Under the pieces are notes generated by a model that was given only the letters and a program-made list of their open reading frames with translations, ran no database searches and was not told the DNA's origin. The translations under genes were made by a program, and so were the position numbers. Shown here in pieces: positions 52,483 through 61,558 of a stretch of DNA of 64,000 nt. Numbering within the stretch: position 1 is the stretch's first letter; every line of letters begins with the position of its first letter. The stretch is from a bacterium (GTDB taxonomy: Bacteria; Zixibacteria; MSB-5A5; GN15; FEB-12): contig JBDRNJ010000044.1 of NCBI GenBank assembly GCA_043811375.1, positions 1 through 64,000 on the forward strand. The letters run 5' to 3'.

Positions 52483-53244
52483 CTAAGGAGTACCCTTCTT
52501 AACCTGGCCCGGTTTCGGCGGTGGCGTGGATTTGGCTATATGAAGCGACCGCTTGACCGGTATCGTAAACCGGGACACTTCCTTGTCTTCGGCTCCCACA
52601 ACTTCGATCGTAACCGACTTCTCAAACGAGTCGCCGAATGTCGCTTCTAACAATTTCAGACGCCCTTGTCCGCTCTTGCCCGGTTTGATTGACTTCGGTA
52701 CCTCGATTTCGAACAAACCCTCGGGCATACCAACCACCGACAATTCCAGCTTCTGATCGGATACGTTGGCTATTTCAAATTTCTTGTCCTTAATGATCTT
52801 TTCGCTGAACTGGGACAAGTCCAGTTTGTATGGTTGGATAACGATCGGATAGGTCGAATCCGGTCGCTCTGTTATGTGTGAGATAATCTCGACTCTCTTG
52901 TCGGGCGGTCCTTCGTTTGTTTGAATCTGTGGCCGCTTGGTTATGCGCTTTTTATATTTCTTCGTATGAAAGATTATCTCCAGCCGGGTGCTGTCACCGA
53001 CAGCAAGCACGTTGTTTTCCAACGGTGCTTTGGTGCAGCCTCACCCAGGTTTGATGGTCAGAATCCGGAGGGTGTCGTCGCCTTCCGAGTGCAGCCAGAA
53101 AACATGGCTCACAACCGCGTTCTGGGGCACAAACCCGAAATCAAAGGACGAAATCGGGATCGTCAGCCGGGGTGCAGTGTGCCCTGTGGCCACCAACAGC
53201 AGCAGCAGAACCACCGCAATAATCAGAAGCTTCAGACTATTCAT
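52483..53244 (-). CDS. Secreted DUF1573-domain selenoprotein candidate (253 aa, Sec at codon 68)
   Basis: ORFs 53041..53244 and 52483..53022 are in one frame, joined by an in-frame TGA (53043-53041), reading IKPG-U-GCTKAPLE. The paralog reads VKTG-C-ACAVMPLE. A SECIS-like hairpin follows the TGA. Confidence 0.85.
52990..53040 (-). promoter_or_regulatory. Bacterial SECIS-like stem-loop
   Basis: Ten nt after UGA: AAGCAC-C-GUUG-GAAAA-CAAC-GUGCUU. The apical loop starts with G after 21 nt. A lower stem GCUGCACC/GGUGACAGC is also possible. Confidence 0.75.
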
Positions 53245-53307
53245 AGGAAACGTTATTCCTTTCTCTCAATTCGATCATGTTCTATACTCTATTTTCGCCA
53301 GATCAGG

Positions 53308-54009
53308 TTATTCTTTTACTAGGTAAAATTTCCTCTCAACCGGAATTGTAAAATGAGTCTTGGGCTTGTCCGATACCAGCAGGGTTATCGAAGTCTTAAA
53401 CTCAGTATCAGCATACTCCGGTTTCAGTTTAATCCAGCCGGTATCCTGGGTGTTGGCTCGGATACTGTCAGGTATGGATATCACGCATTGCTCCGGCAGG
53501 TCTGAAATCAAAGTTACCGTCAGATCAAACTTGGAATGATTGGTGAAAACGAAACTGAGACTGTCAATATCCTTACGCTCAGATTTAGCAAACAGAAAAC
53601 GGTAGGGTGTTGATGAAATCGGACGAATCGAATCCGGGTACATAAGGACAACACCCTTCAGGTGCAGTCGCAGAGGATCAGGACCACCGTTGGTAAAGAT
53701 TCTGGCGATACGGTTTATGCCGCCCCGGTGCTTCTCGATATCCCAATGGATGCTCACCTTCATGCTGTCACCGGGTGCGATCTGCTCCCGCTCCAGAGGC
53801 ATTACGGCACAGGCACAACCGGTCTTGACCTCCTTGATCACCACCGTGTCAGTTCCGATTGACTTAAACCAGAAACTGTGTACCAGACGGGCTCGTTGAG
53901 GTGTATAGCCAAAGTCATACATCGGCGTTGAACATGCCAACTGAGGTTGCGAACAAACATCGGCGGCGGCCACCAGAGTTACGGCCAGAATAATCAAAAT
54001 ATTTTTCAT
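53308..54009 (-). CDS. Secreted DUF1573-domain protein (Cys paralog)
   Basis: Signal peptide, YDFG..P, HSFWFKS.G.DT, GCACA and IAPGDS; collinear with the downstream Sec paralog. Confidence 0.85.
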   Translation of the reverse strand: MKNILIILAVTLVAAADVCSQPQLACSTPMYDFGYTPQRARLVHSFWFKSIGTDTVVIKEVKTGCACAVMPLEREQIAPGDSMKVSIHWDIEKHRGGINRIARIFTNGGPDPLRLHLKGVVLMYPDSIRPISSTPYRFLFAKSERKDIDSLSFVFTNHSKFDLTVTLISDLPEQCVISIPDSIRANTQDTGWIKLKPEYADTEFKTSITLLVSDKPKTHFTIPVERKFYLVKE

Positions 54010-54059
54010 GCTACACTTATAGCTAATGGTTTTCTCATTCGTTCCCGAACACTGCTAAA

Positions 54060-54088
54060 TATATATGCAAAACAGACGGTATAGTCAA
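54060..54088 (-). promoter_or_regulatory. Putative sigma70 promoter for the DUF1573 pair
   Basis: TTGACT-N17-TATATA on the minus strand. Confidence 0.5.
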
Positions 54089-54242
54089 GCCACTTGTGAA
54101 CTCTTCCATAGTGACGGAGCCTTCTAAGCTACAGCCTGACCGGCAATTGCTGCATTCGACAGAGCCTGAAATACTTTATGTTTCTGCCGCCCACAGCAAT
54201 GGGAATTGGAGTCGGTGTGCCCGAGCCGGGTCTGAACGGTCC

Positions 54243-54807
54243 TCAGCCAGGACAGCCGGCCGGTGGTGGGCCGCCGGTGAAAAGGTAGTCAACCAGCCGA
54301 GTAATATCGGCAACATCAATGGAGCTACTGTCGTCAGCATCGCCTTCCTCAGGACAGGGAGGAGGAAATCCACCCTGGAAGATATAATCGACAAGGTACG
54401 TCAGGTCCCCCACGTTGATGGCGCCGTCACTATCGGCATCACCGGTCGTGGGCGAAGGGGGAAAAGATCATGTCGGCCAGTGTGCTGACATTTATGTCGT
54501 GGCCCGTCCCTCCCGGGGAATTGACGGCAACGAATTCCCAGCCGGAAATCAGAGTGCCGCTGGTATCGAAGGTCATTTGAAACTCCATGATGTCGGGGCG
54601 GTCAAGTATCAGCCACGGGTTGAATCCGGCGATGGAGTCGGAATAGTTCTTCATGTAAATCGGGATTTCAACTCCCTGTTCTCCCGTCAGGGCGGTGATA
54701 TCCTCAACAATAACTTCAAGAAGCAGACTGTCCTGGGCGTGAGTCACTGATGCAATCATAATGACTGCCATAATTGCCGCCGCAAGTGTCGACAAACGAT
54801 ATTTCAT
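54243..54807 (-). pseudogene. Cohesin-dockerin secreted protein gene with an out-of-frame internal junction
   Basis: Signal peptide plus a partial cohesin-like domain, then in another frame PTTGDADSDGAINVGDLTYLVDYIFQGG...GDADDSSSIDVADITRLVDYLFTGGPPPAGCPG*. Junction near 54450-54460. Confidence 0.8.
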
Positions 54808-54918
54808 CTGCTGTTCCTTCCTGAGTTACCGGAATATTGATATAGCGCCTTTAGTGAGACACAAAGAAATTGTACGTCTGACAGTATTCATATATAATAG
54901 TATAACGATTCAGTCAGA

Positions 54919-56628
54919 TCAGTCAGAGTCTGTCACAATTCGCCGTCGTCGGAACCATACCAGACAGACCAATGTCAGGCTCGAAATCACGATTCCGACA
55001 ACCAGACCGGGCGGGCGATATCGAAGTACCACCTGTTGGTGCCCCTGCTCAAAGGGGAAGGCTATCAGGTTGTTTTCCTCGCGAAGCGGTCGACCGTCAG
55101 TTGCTTGCCAGCCCGGATCATAGCCCATGCTGATAGCCATTTCTCCCGAACTGTGGCCTTCGATTTCGTAGGTGATTTTATTGGGAGTGTAGTCTCGGTG
55201 TTTTATATCGGCCTGACCGGTCAGGACGTTCTCCATCATTACACTATCATCAGGTGTGACCAGCGCCCGGCTGGGGGGGGTGGCTGAAAGCCAGTTGGAA
55301 ATCAGCGAACCGCGATTGGCCAAGTAGTATTCGTAAGTCATACCAACACGATCAATAATATGTCCGAAAACCGGTGATCGTTGAATGTCCTTTGGTTCAT
55401 GTCGGAAGGCTTGGTTCATGATCGGCCATGCCATCACCAGGTTGGTGGTGATTATGACTGTCGCAACTGTTATAAGGATAGCACCCGAAAGCCGGGGCCA
55501 ACGGAATTGACGAACTTTTTGCCAGGTCCAGTCAAGGCCAAACCCACCCAGAATGGACATTGCCAGCAATACGAACTGGAATGATCGTCCGGTACAACGC
55601 GCTGACGAAAAACCAGGTAAGTGTGAAAGCAATCGCCAGGGTGAGTACGCGCCAAAGTCTCCCAGCCCCAGCAGTAAAAAAAACACTGCTATCACCAGCC
55701 AGACCCATCTTCGCCGGAATACAGCCAGAAGAGCGATTATGGCAAAAATTACCAGCAGGGGAGAAATGTAGCTGCCGTATTCATGCCAGCGCCAGAACTG
55801 TTCGGGGAAGTTGCGGATGAACAGTGAATGGTCCAGACCGAAAAATATCGACCACAGCGCCGATATCGGAATCGATTCACCAGCCCTGCCCTTCCATTCG
55901 ATCTGCATCATGTACAAAACCATCGGGACAAATTTCACTGCTGCCAGTCCGATCCCGCCCAGTATCGAGAAAAACAGGCTGCCCAGTTCATTGATTGAAC
56001 GGTTCTGTACGAACCGCAGCCCAAACAGCACGGCTGAAAAAGTGAGTGTATATAATAGTGGAATGGCCGCCCCGTTACCCAGTATCATCAGGGCCAATAC
56101 CAGTGATGCCATGGCTATATCGCCTTTTCGGTCGACTGAAGTTATGATGAAATAAAGAAACCAGGGCAGAAAACAGAAGTGTGTAAATGGAGTATGTCCT
56201 TCAGTGAAATGCATTGCGAAGTGAACTGAGCCAAAATAAGCTACAGTAGTCACCAGAGCCACCCATTTCGATATCCCAAATTTTGTGGCCAGACGGTGAC
56301 TACCCCAGAAACCGAGGAAATAACATACCAGAACCTGCAACTTAAGCCCTACTACAGCTCCGAAGATCAGGTACAGCAACAGAAAAGGCGAAAGAACGGC
56401 GACCTCGGGGTGATGAAACAGGATATTTCCACCTCCAAGGTACGGGTTCCAAAAGGGGAATTGCCCATAATGCAACAGACTGCTAACCGGGACAGCGGCA
56501 ATAGTCGTAAACAGGTCCCAGTCACGTATACCCCAGTAGTCATATTTGAGGAGATAGGGCAGGGTATAATAGACCGACAACAGCAAAAAAATCGACGGAA
56601 ACAGGACTTTTGACTTTATTATCGTCAT
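54919..56628 (-). CDS. YfhO-like multi-pass membrane protein (GT-C-like)
   Basis: GQFPFWNPYLGGG, many TMs and a YfhO-like C-terminus (YDPGWQA...LRYRP). Confidence 0.75.
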   Translation of the reverse strand: MTIIKSKVLFPSIFLLLSVYYTLPYLLKYDYWGIRDWDLFTTIAAVPVSSLLHYGQFPFWNPYLGGGNILFHHPEVAVLSPFLLLYLIFGAVVGLKLQVLVCYFLGFWGSHRLATKFGISKWVALVTTVAYFGSVHFAMHFTEGHTPFTHFCFLPWFLYFIITSVDRKGDIAMASLVLALMILGNGAAIPLLYTLTFSAVLFGLRFVQNRSINELGSLFFSILGGIGLAAVKFVPMVLYMMQIEWKGRAGESIPISALWSIFFGLDHSLFIRNFPEQFWRWHEYGSYISPLLVIFAIIALLAVFRRRWVWLVIAVFFLLLGLGDFGAYSPWRLLSHLPGFSSARCTGRSFQFVLLAMSILGGFGLDWTWQKVRQFRWPRLSGAILITVATVIITTNLVMAWPIMNQAFRHEPKDIQRSPVFGHIIDRVGMTYEYYLANRGSLISNWLSATPPSRALVTPDDSVMMENVLTGQADIKHRDYTPNKITYEIEGHSSGEMAISMGYDPGWQATDGRPLREENNLIAFPFEQGHQQVVLRYRPPGLVVGIVISSLTLVCLVWFRRRRIVTDSD

Positions 56629-56654
56629 TCTCTATGATAGTTTTTCAAACTACA

Positions 56655-57788
56655 ATGCGTTCCATCTACTTAATGAGTCATTCTTACGTTAAAAGCAAAC
56701 GCTTTCTGCTACCCACTTTGTTGTGGCTGTTGTTTGTGGTCGGCAGCGTCACTCTGCTGCAGACGGGGAAATCCAAATACCACACTCTGGCCGGGCAACT
56801 CTTTCAGTGGGACGGTCAGCACTATCTCACTATCGCTCGTGACGGCTATGAGAAATTCCCCTGTCCCTGGAACGACGAAAACATCTGCGGCAATATCGGC
56901 TGGTTTCCATTCTATCCCATCCTCGGGCGCATGGTCCAACAGGTTGTCGGTCTGCTCGGCGGGGACACCCGACTGGCCATGATCGCCGCCGGCTGGCTGG
57001 CCTTATGGCTGGCCCTGCTGGTCATGTACCGGCTGGTCGAAAGGCGTTTCGGCAGTCGATCGGCATTACTGTCGCTGGTGGCGATACTGCTTTTTCCGAC
57101 CTCCTTTTACTTCCTGACCGGCTTTCCGTATTCGGTCTATCTGTTGCTGTCGGTGTTGGTGATGTATTTTCTTGACCGGGAGAAGTTCCTGCCGGTGGCA
57201 ATCCTTACCGGTTTGCTGGCGGTGACGTATCCTTCGGGAGTGGTAATCGGTCTGCCGGTTCTGTATATCCTGGTTACCAGGTGGCGGGAGTTGACTGCCA
57301 ACCATCGACTGACCCTGTTTTTGGCACTGGCCGGCATCGCCCTGGCTCTTTTCCTGTACTGCGGTTATTACTGGTGGCGGTTTGATGATTTCTTTCTTTA
57401 CCAGCGTTTCCAGGCCCAGAGCTACTATGCTCACCACCTGACACTACCCCTGTTGCCGATCGCAAATTCGCTGATCGAACAGCCCTGGCAGGACCCGGAG
57501 TTTGTGATGCTGCTGTTTATAGTAGTAGCTGTTGTTGTTTTCTACACACGCCGAATTCCGGTCGCATGGCAATTGTACCTGTTTGGCGTGCTGCTCTTTA
57601 CGCCCACTTTCGGGACGACTACGTGCTATTACCGCCACATCGTTGTGGCGTGGCCACTCTTTGTTATGATTGGCGTATCGATCGATTCCGGCCGCCGCCG
57701 GTGGCTGTGGGTTCCCTACGCTGTGATTTCGGTGTGTCTGATGGTGATGGTTTTTCTCAGGTACTTCAAGGCCGGGCAACTGATGTAG
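56655..57788 (+). CDS. Mannosyltransferase-like GT-C protein (PIG-V/PimE-like)
   Basis: QWDGQHYLTIARDGY, WFPFYP and LFPTSFY; about 10 TMs. Confidence 0.8.
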   Translation: MRSIYLMSHSYVKSKRFLLPTLLWLLFVVGSVTLLQTGKSKYHTLAGQLFQWDGQHYLTIARDGYEKFPCPWNDENICGNIGWFPFYPILGRMVQQVVGLLGGDTRLAMIAAGWLALWLALLVMYRLVERRFGSRSALLSLVAILLFPTSFYFLTGFPYSVYLLLSVLVMYFLDREKFLPVAILTGLLAVTYPSGVVIGLPVLYILVTRWRELTANHRLTLFLALAGIALALFLYCGYYWWRFDDFFLYQRFQAQSYYAHHLTLPLLPIANSLIEQPWQDPEFVMLLFIVVAVVVFYTRRIPVAWQLYLFGVLLFTPTFGTTTCYYRHIVVAWPLFVMIGVSIDSGRRRWLWVPYAVISVCLMVMVFLRYFKAGQLM

Positions 57789-57841
57789 AAAGTCCAACCC
57801 GCTGTCAGGGCTGCGATATTCGCACTGACCGTCTGGTTCGC

Positions 57842-58324
57842 CTACGTCTTCCTCAGCCGGAAATGGTAGATCCAGTTTTCCTTCGGGGGGTCCAAATAGA
57901 CTGTGTCAGGTCCGAGTAAGAGACTGTCACCAAGAAACACCGCTTTGAGTTTCCCCTGTGGTATCCGAATCGTGTCGCAGTTGCCACTGCTGAAAGAGGT
58001 CGGTGTCAGACTCAGTGAGTTCGTCCCGAAACCGGTCGCTACACCTCCGGAGTTGCACAGGTTGCTCATGTTGATGTCATGGTTAAGGCTGTAACTGCTG
58101 CCCTCGATGGTTAATGTAACCTGATCGGTATCGGGGTAGACGTGCGGTTCTCGTTGCTCGATGTTGGCTAAAGCCAGTTCTCCGGAAAACACCTCAATCT
58201 CCGGCGGGATTATTTCATCGTCCCCGCAACTGAACGTCATCAGTCCGCATAGCAGAATAATGCCGACCGCAGCGACGATTCTAATTCGCTGCTTATGCCG
58301 GTCACTGTCTAATTTGATCGTCAT
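57842..58324 (-). CDS. Hypothetical lipoprotein (paralog B)
   Basis: Lipobox TFSC; homologous to the upstream gene. Confidence 0.75.
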   Translation of the reverse strand: MTIKLDSDRHKQRIRIVAAVGIILLCGLMTFSCGDDEIIPPEIEVFSGELALANIEQREPHVYPDTDQVTLTIEGSSYSLNHDINMSNLCNSGGVATGFGTNSLSLTPTSFSSGNCDTIRIPQGKLKAVFLGDSLLLGPDTVYLDPPKENWIYHFRLRKT

Positions 58325-58749
58325 TTTTTTAGCCTGAAAGTAAAGCCCAGCGAATCGCCCGTAATGTCATAAACAACCGTTTTTGGACCCAGTATCAGAC
58401 TGTCGCCCCTGAAAGCTGCGGAAAACTCGCCTTGAGGCAGACGGACCGAATCGCAGCCGCCACCAGGCGCATAGTAGATCTGCGTCAACCTTATCATGTT
58501 GGTGCCAAAGTTGCCGATTTCACCACCCGACGAGCAGATGCCGCTGTTGTGGGTAGTCAGAGTCAGGTGATACTGAGTTCCCTCGATCGTAAAAACGACC
58601 GTATCGATTACGGCCGGGGTACCACTATAGAATTCATCAATCTCCATTTCGCCGGAGTATTTCTCCAGCGGTGGCGGTTCTTCACGGTCTTCGTCGCATC
58701 CTAAAGCCACCGCCAGGCCCAGCATCAAAAACCAGGGGGCAATTCTCAT
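58321..58749 (-). CDS. Hypothetical lipoprotein (paralog A)
   Basis: Lipobox ALGC; ATGA overlap with paralog B. Confidence 0.78.
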   Translation of the reverse strand: MRIAPWFLMLGLAVALGCDEDREEPPPLEKYSGEMEIDEFYSGTPAVIDTVVFTIEGTQYHLTLTTHNSGICSSGGEIGNFGTNMIRLTQIYYAPGGGCDSVRLPQGEFSAAFRGDSLILGPKTVVYDITGDSLGFTFRLKK

Positions 58750-58835
58750 ACTAACTTCTCCACCTCGACATCCATTCTAACCAACGCTCGCTACCAGAGT
58801 TTCGTTTAACCCTTAGTGGGCCGGCAGCAATGGTT

Positions 58836-60512
58836 TTACCGCGAGGTTCCCATGACATCGGTAGCGTCAGTCACGTTGGTGGACCGTTCACCGGCTTTCT
58901 CCAGGTTATAGCCGACAGCCGCCCTGACGAACTCTCTGAACAGGGGATGCGGTCGGGTCGGTCGGGATTTCAATTCCGGATGGAACTGGGCCGCTACGAA
59001 CCAGCGATGCGACGGCACCTCCACTATTTCCACCAGGCGGCCATCCGGTGACAGGCCCGAAAGCACCAAACCCTTTTCGGTGAGCATGTCCCGGTAGGCA
59101 TTGTTGACTTCATAGCGATGGCGATGTCGTTCCGAAATCTCGCGGCAGCCGTATGCCTCAAATGACTTGGAGCTTTCATCCAGAATACAGGGATAAGCAC
59201 CCAGGCGCATGGTGCCGCCCAGATCGGTTACCGTCTCCTGGTCGGCCATCAGGTGAATCACGGTATGTTTGAGGTCACGATAAAACTCGTAGCTGTGGGC
59301 GTCCGGCAACTGGCAGACGTTGCGCGCGAACTCAATCACGGCGCACTGCATACCCAGACAGATGCCCAGGAAGGGGATGTTGTTTTCCCGCACGTAGCGG
59401 ATGGCGTCTATCTTGCCCTCGACTCCTCGTTCACCGAACCCACCCGGAATAAGCAGCCCGTCTACGTCGTGCAGAAGTTTTTCCGCTCCGCCGTGTTTGA
59501 TCTCCTCGGAACTGACCCAGATCAGGCGAACTTCCGCTTCACTGGAAACCCCTCCGTGTACGAAGGCTTCGATGATCGATTTGTAGGCATCCTTGAGCAT
59601 TACATACTTGCCGCAAATGGCGATATTCACCCGGTGTTTGGGGAAGTTGATTTTTTCAACCATCTGCTCCCAATCCGACAAATCCGGCTGTGGAATCTGC
59701 CAGCCGAAGTGGTCGCAGACGATGTCATCCAGCTTCTGTTCGTGGAACTTCAGCGGGACTTCATAGATTGTGGCTACGTCCTTAGCGGCGATTACCGACG
59801 ATGTGGGCACCGAACAGAACAGGCTGATCTTCTGCCGCAGTTCATTCGATACCGGTTTGGCGGAGCGGCACAGCAGCATATCCGGCTGAATGCCGATTTC
59901 ACGCAGTGCCCGCACCGAATGCTGGGTCGGCTTGGTCTTGAATTCGCCCGCCGTGGGGATAAACGGCACCAGCGTTACATGAACATACATGGCGTTGTTG
60001 CGGCCGTTCTCCAGTCCCATCTGGCGGATAGCCTCCATGAACGGCAGCGACTCGATATCGCCCACGGTTCCCCCGATTTCAGCTACCACCACATCGGGTT
60101 TGAAATCAGAGTTCTGCAATCTCTTGATGCGGTTCTTGATTTCTTCGGTGACATGAGGTATCACCTGCACGGTAGCGCCCAGGTAATCACCACGCCGCTC
60201 CCGGGTTATAATGGTGTGATATATCTGTCCGGTGGTAACGTTATTGTCGGCCGTCAGGGATTGGTCGAGGAAACGCTCGTAATGTCCCAGATCGAGGTCG
60301 GTCTCGGAACCGTCATCCAGAACGAATACCTCCCCATGCTGGAACGGGTTCATGGTGCCGGGGTCGACGTTCAGATACGGGTCCAGTTTGACGTTGCACA
60401 CTTTCAACCCCCGCTTCTGCAGCAATAGACCGATGGAGGCCGAGGCGATACCTTTGCCCAGCGCCGATACCACCCCGCCGGTAACGAATATGTACTTGGT
60501 GCCGTCAGACAT
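58836..60512 (-). CDS. pyrG: CTP synthase
   Basis: GGVVSALGKG, KLDPYLNVDPGTM, KTKPTQHSV, GICLGMQ and QFHPE. Confidence 0.99.
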   Translation of the reverse strand: MSDGTKYIFVTGGVVSALGKGIASASIGLLLQKRGLKVCNVKLDPYLNVDPGTMNPFQHGEVFVLDDGSETDLDLGHYERFLDQSLTADNNVTTGQIYHTIITRERRGDYLGATVQVIPHVTEEIKNRIKRLQNSDFKPDVVVAEIGGTVGDIESLPFMEAIRQMGLENGRNNAMYVHVTLVPFIPTAGEFKTKPTQHSVRALREIGIQPDMLLCRSAKPVSNELRQKISLFCSVPTSSVIAAKDVATIYEVPLKFHEQKLDDIVCDHFGWQIPQPDLSDWEQMVEKINFPKHRVNIAICGKYVMLKDAYKSIIEAFVHGGVSSEAEVRLIWVSSEEIKHGGAEKLLHDVDGLLIPGGFGERGVEGKIDAIRYVRENNIPFLGICLGMQCAVIEFARNVCQLPDAHSYEFYRDLKHTVIHLMADQETVTDLGGTMRLGAYPCILDESSKSFEAYGCREISERHRHRYEVNNAYRDMLTEKGLVLSGLSPDGRLVEIVEVPSHRWFVAAQFHPELKSRPTRPHPLFREFVRAAVGYNLEKAGERSTNVTDATDVMGTSR

Positions 60513-60520
60513 GATTCTCC

Positions 60521-61264
60521 CTACCTGTATAACTTTTCAAGCTTTCTCAAATCCCGGGGCGTGTCCACCGACACGGAGCGTCCGGTCGTGGGAAACACCA
60601 TCATTGTTTCTCCGTATTCCAGTATTCGCAATTGCTCCAGTGACTCGGCTTTCTCCAGCCGTGTCCGGCGCCGCCGAGCGAATCGGGCCAGTCCCCGTCG
60701 ACGGAATAAATAGACTCCGATATGCGCCAGAAACGCAAACTGTTTCACCTGACTGCCTTTTCCGGACCGCTGCAAATGGGGGATAGGCAGGCGCGAGAAC
60801 CACAGCGCCCGGCCGTCATCGGCGGTGACCACCTTGACGACATTAGGGTCCTGAAGTTCACTATCGGAACGAAGTCGCCGGGCCAGCGTGGCGTACTCGA
60901 TATGAGGGTCGGCTTTCATACGGGCCACGGCTCGGTCGACAACGGCCGCCTTCAAACCGAGATTGTCGGCCTGGAAGTTAACGATTATGTCGACCTTAAG
61001 TCTCCTGAGCAACTCAGCTACTCGGTCCGACCCGGTTCGATGCCGAGCAGAGGTCATAGCAGCTTCGCCACCGAAATCCGTAACCGTCCGATATACCAAC
61101 TTACTGTCAGTGGCCACAATCACTCGACTGAGGCATTTTGCCTTTTTTAGTTCCCGGTAGACGTGTGAAATCAGCGGTCTGCCATGGAAGGGGTATAACA
61201 CCTTGCGCGGAAAACGCTGAGAGTTAAGTCGGGCCGGAATGACCGCGATAGCCGCGTCAGTCAT
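60521..61264 (-). CDS. kdsB: 3-deoxy-manno-octulosonate cytidylyltransferase
   Basis: IPARLNSQRFPRK, TGSDR, ALWFSR, HIGVY and LEKAESLEQLR. Confidence 0.93.
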   Translation of the reverse strand: MTDAAIAVIPARLNSQRFPRKVLYPFHGRPLISHVYRELKKAKCLSRVIVATDSKLVYRTVTDFGGEAAMTSARHRTGSDRVAELLRRLKVDIIVNFQADNLGLKAAVVDRAVARMKADPHIEYATLARRLRSDSELQDPNVVKVVTADDGRALWFSRLPIPHLQRSGKGSQVKQFAFLAHIGVYLFRRRGLARFARRRRTRLEKAESLEQLRILEYGETMMVFPTTGRSVSVDTPRDLRKLEKLYR

Positions 61265-61558
61265 CAGCCGGCCACCTCATGGTCTGAACCTGGCCGGAGT
61301 TCTCGACCGGTGTGGCCGATATCTTCCGATACGTGCGGCATAGGAGAAGATAGACGGTTTTGAAACTGGTGTCAACAATATTTGAAACTTTCCCGTAACG
61401 TTGGTCGGACGGACACAAACGACGGCAGGATAGGGCTAAAGATCACCGGTCAGACGCCGATACGACTTACAGATGTGTCATAATGAAACAGTCCCGGTCC
61501 CGGTGACGGACCTGCGATTATTGCTGTCACCGGATGACGGGGCGAGATATCCGGAGAT

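Noticed and set aside
54439..54441. TGA ending ORF 54439..54807 as a second selenocysteine codon
   Set aside because: The dockerin continuation is in a different frame and there is no Cys-aligned context, so this is a frameshift or deletion.
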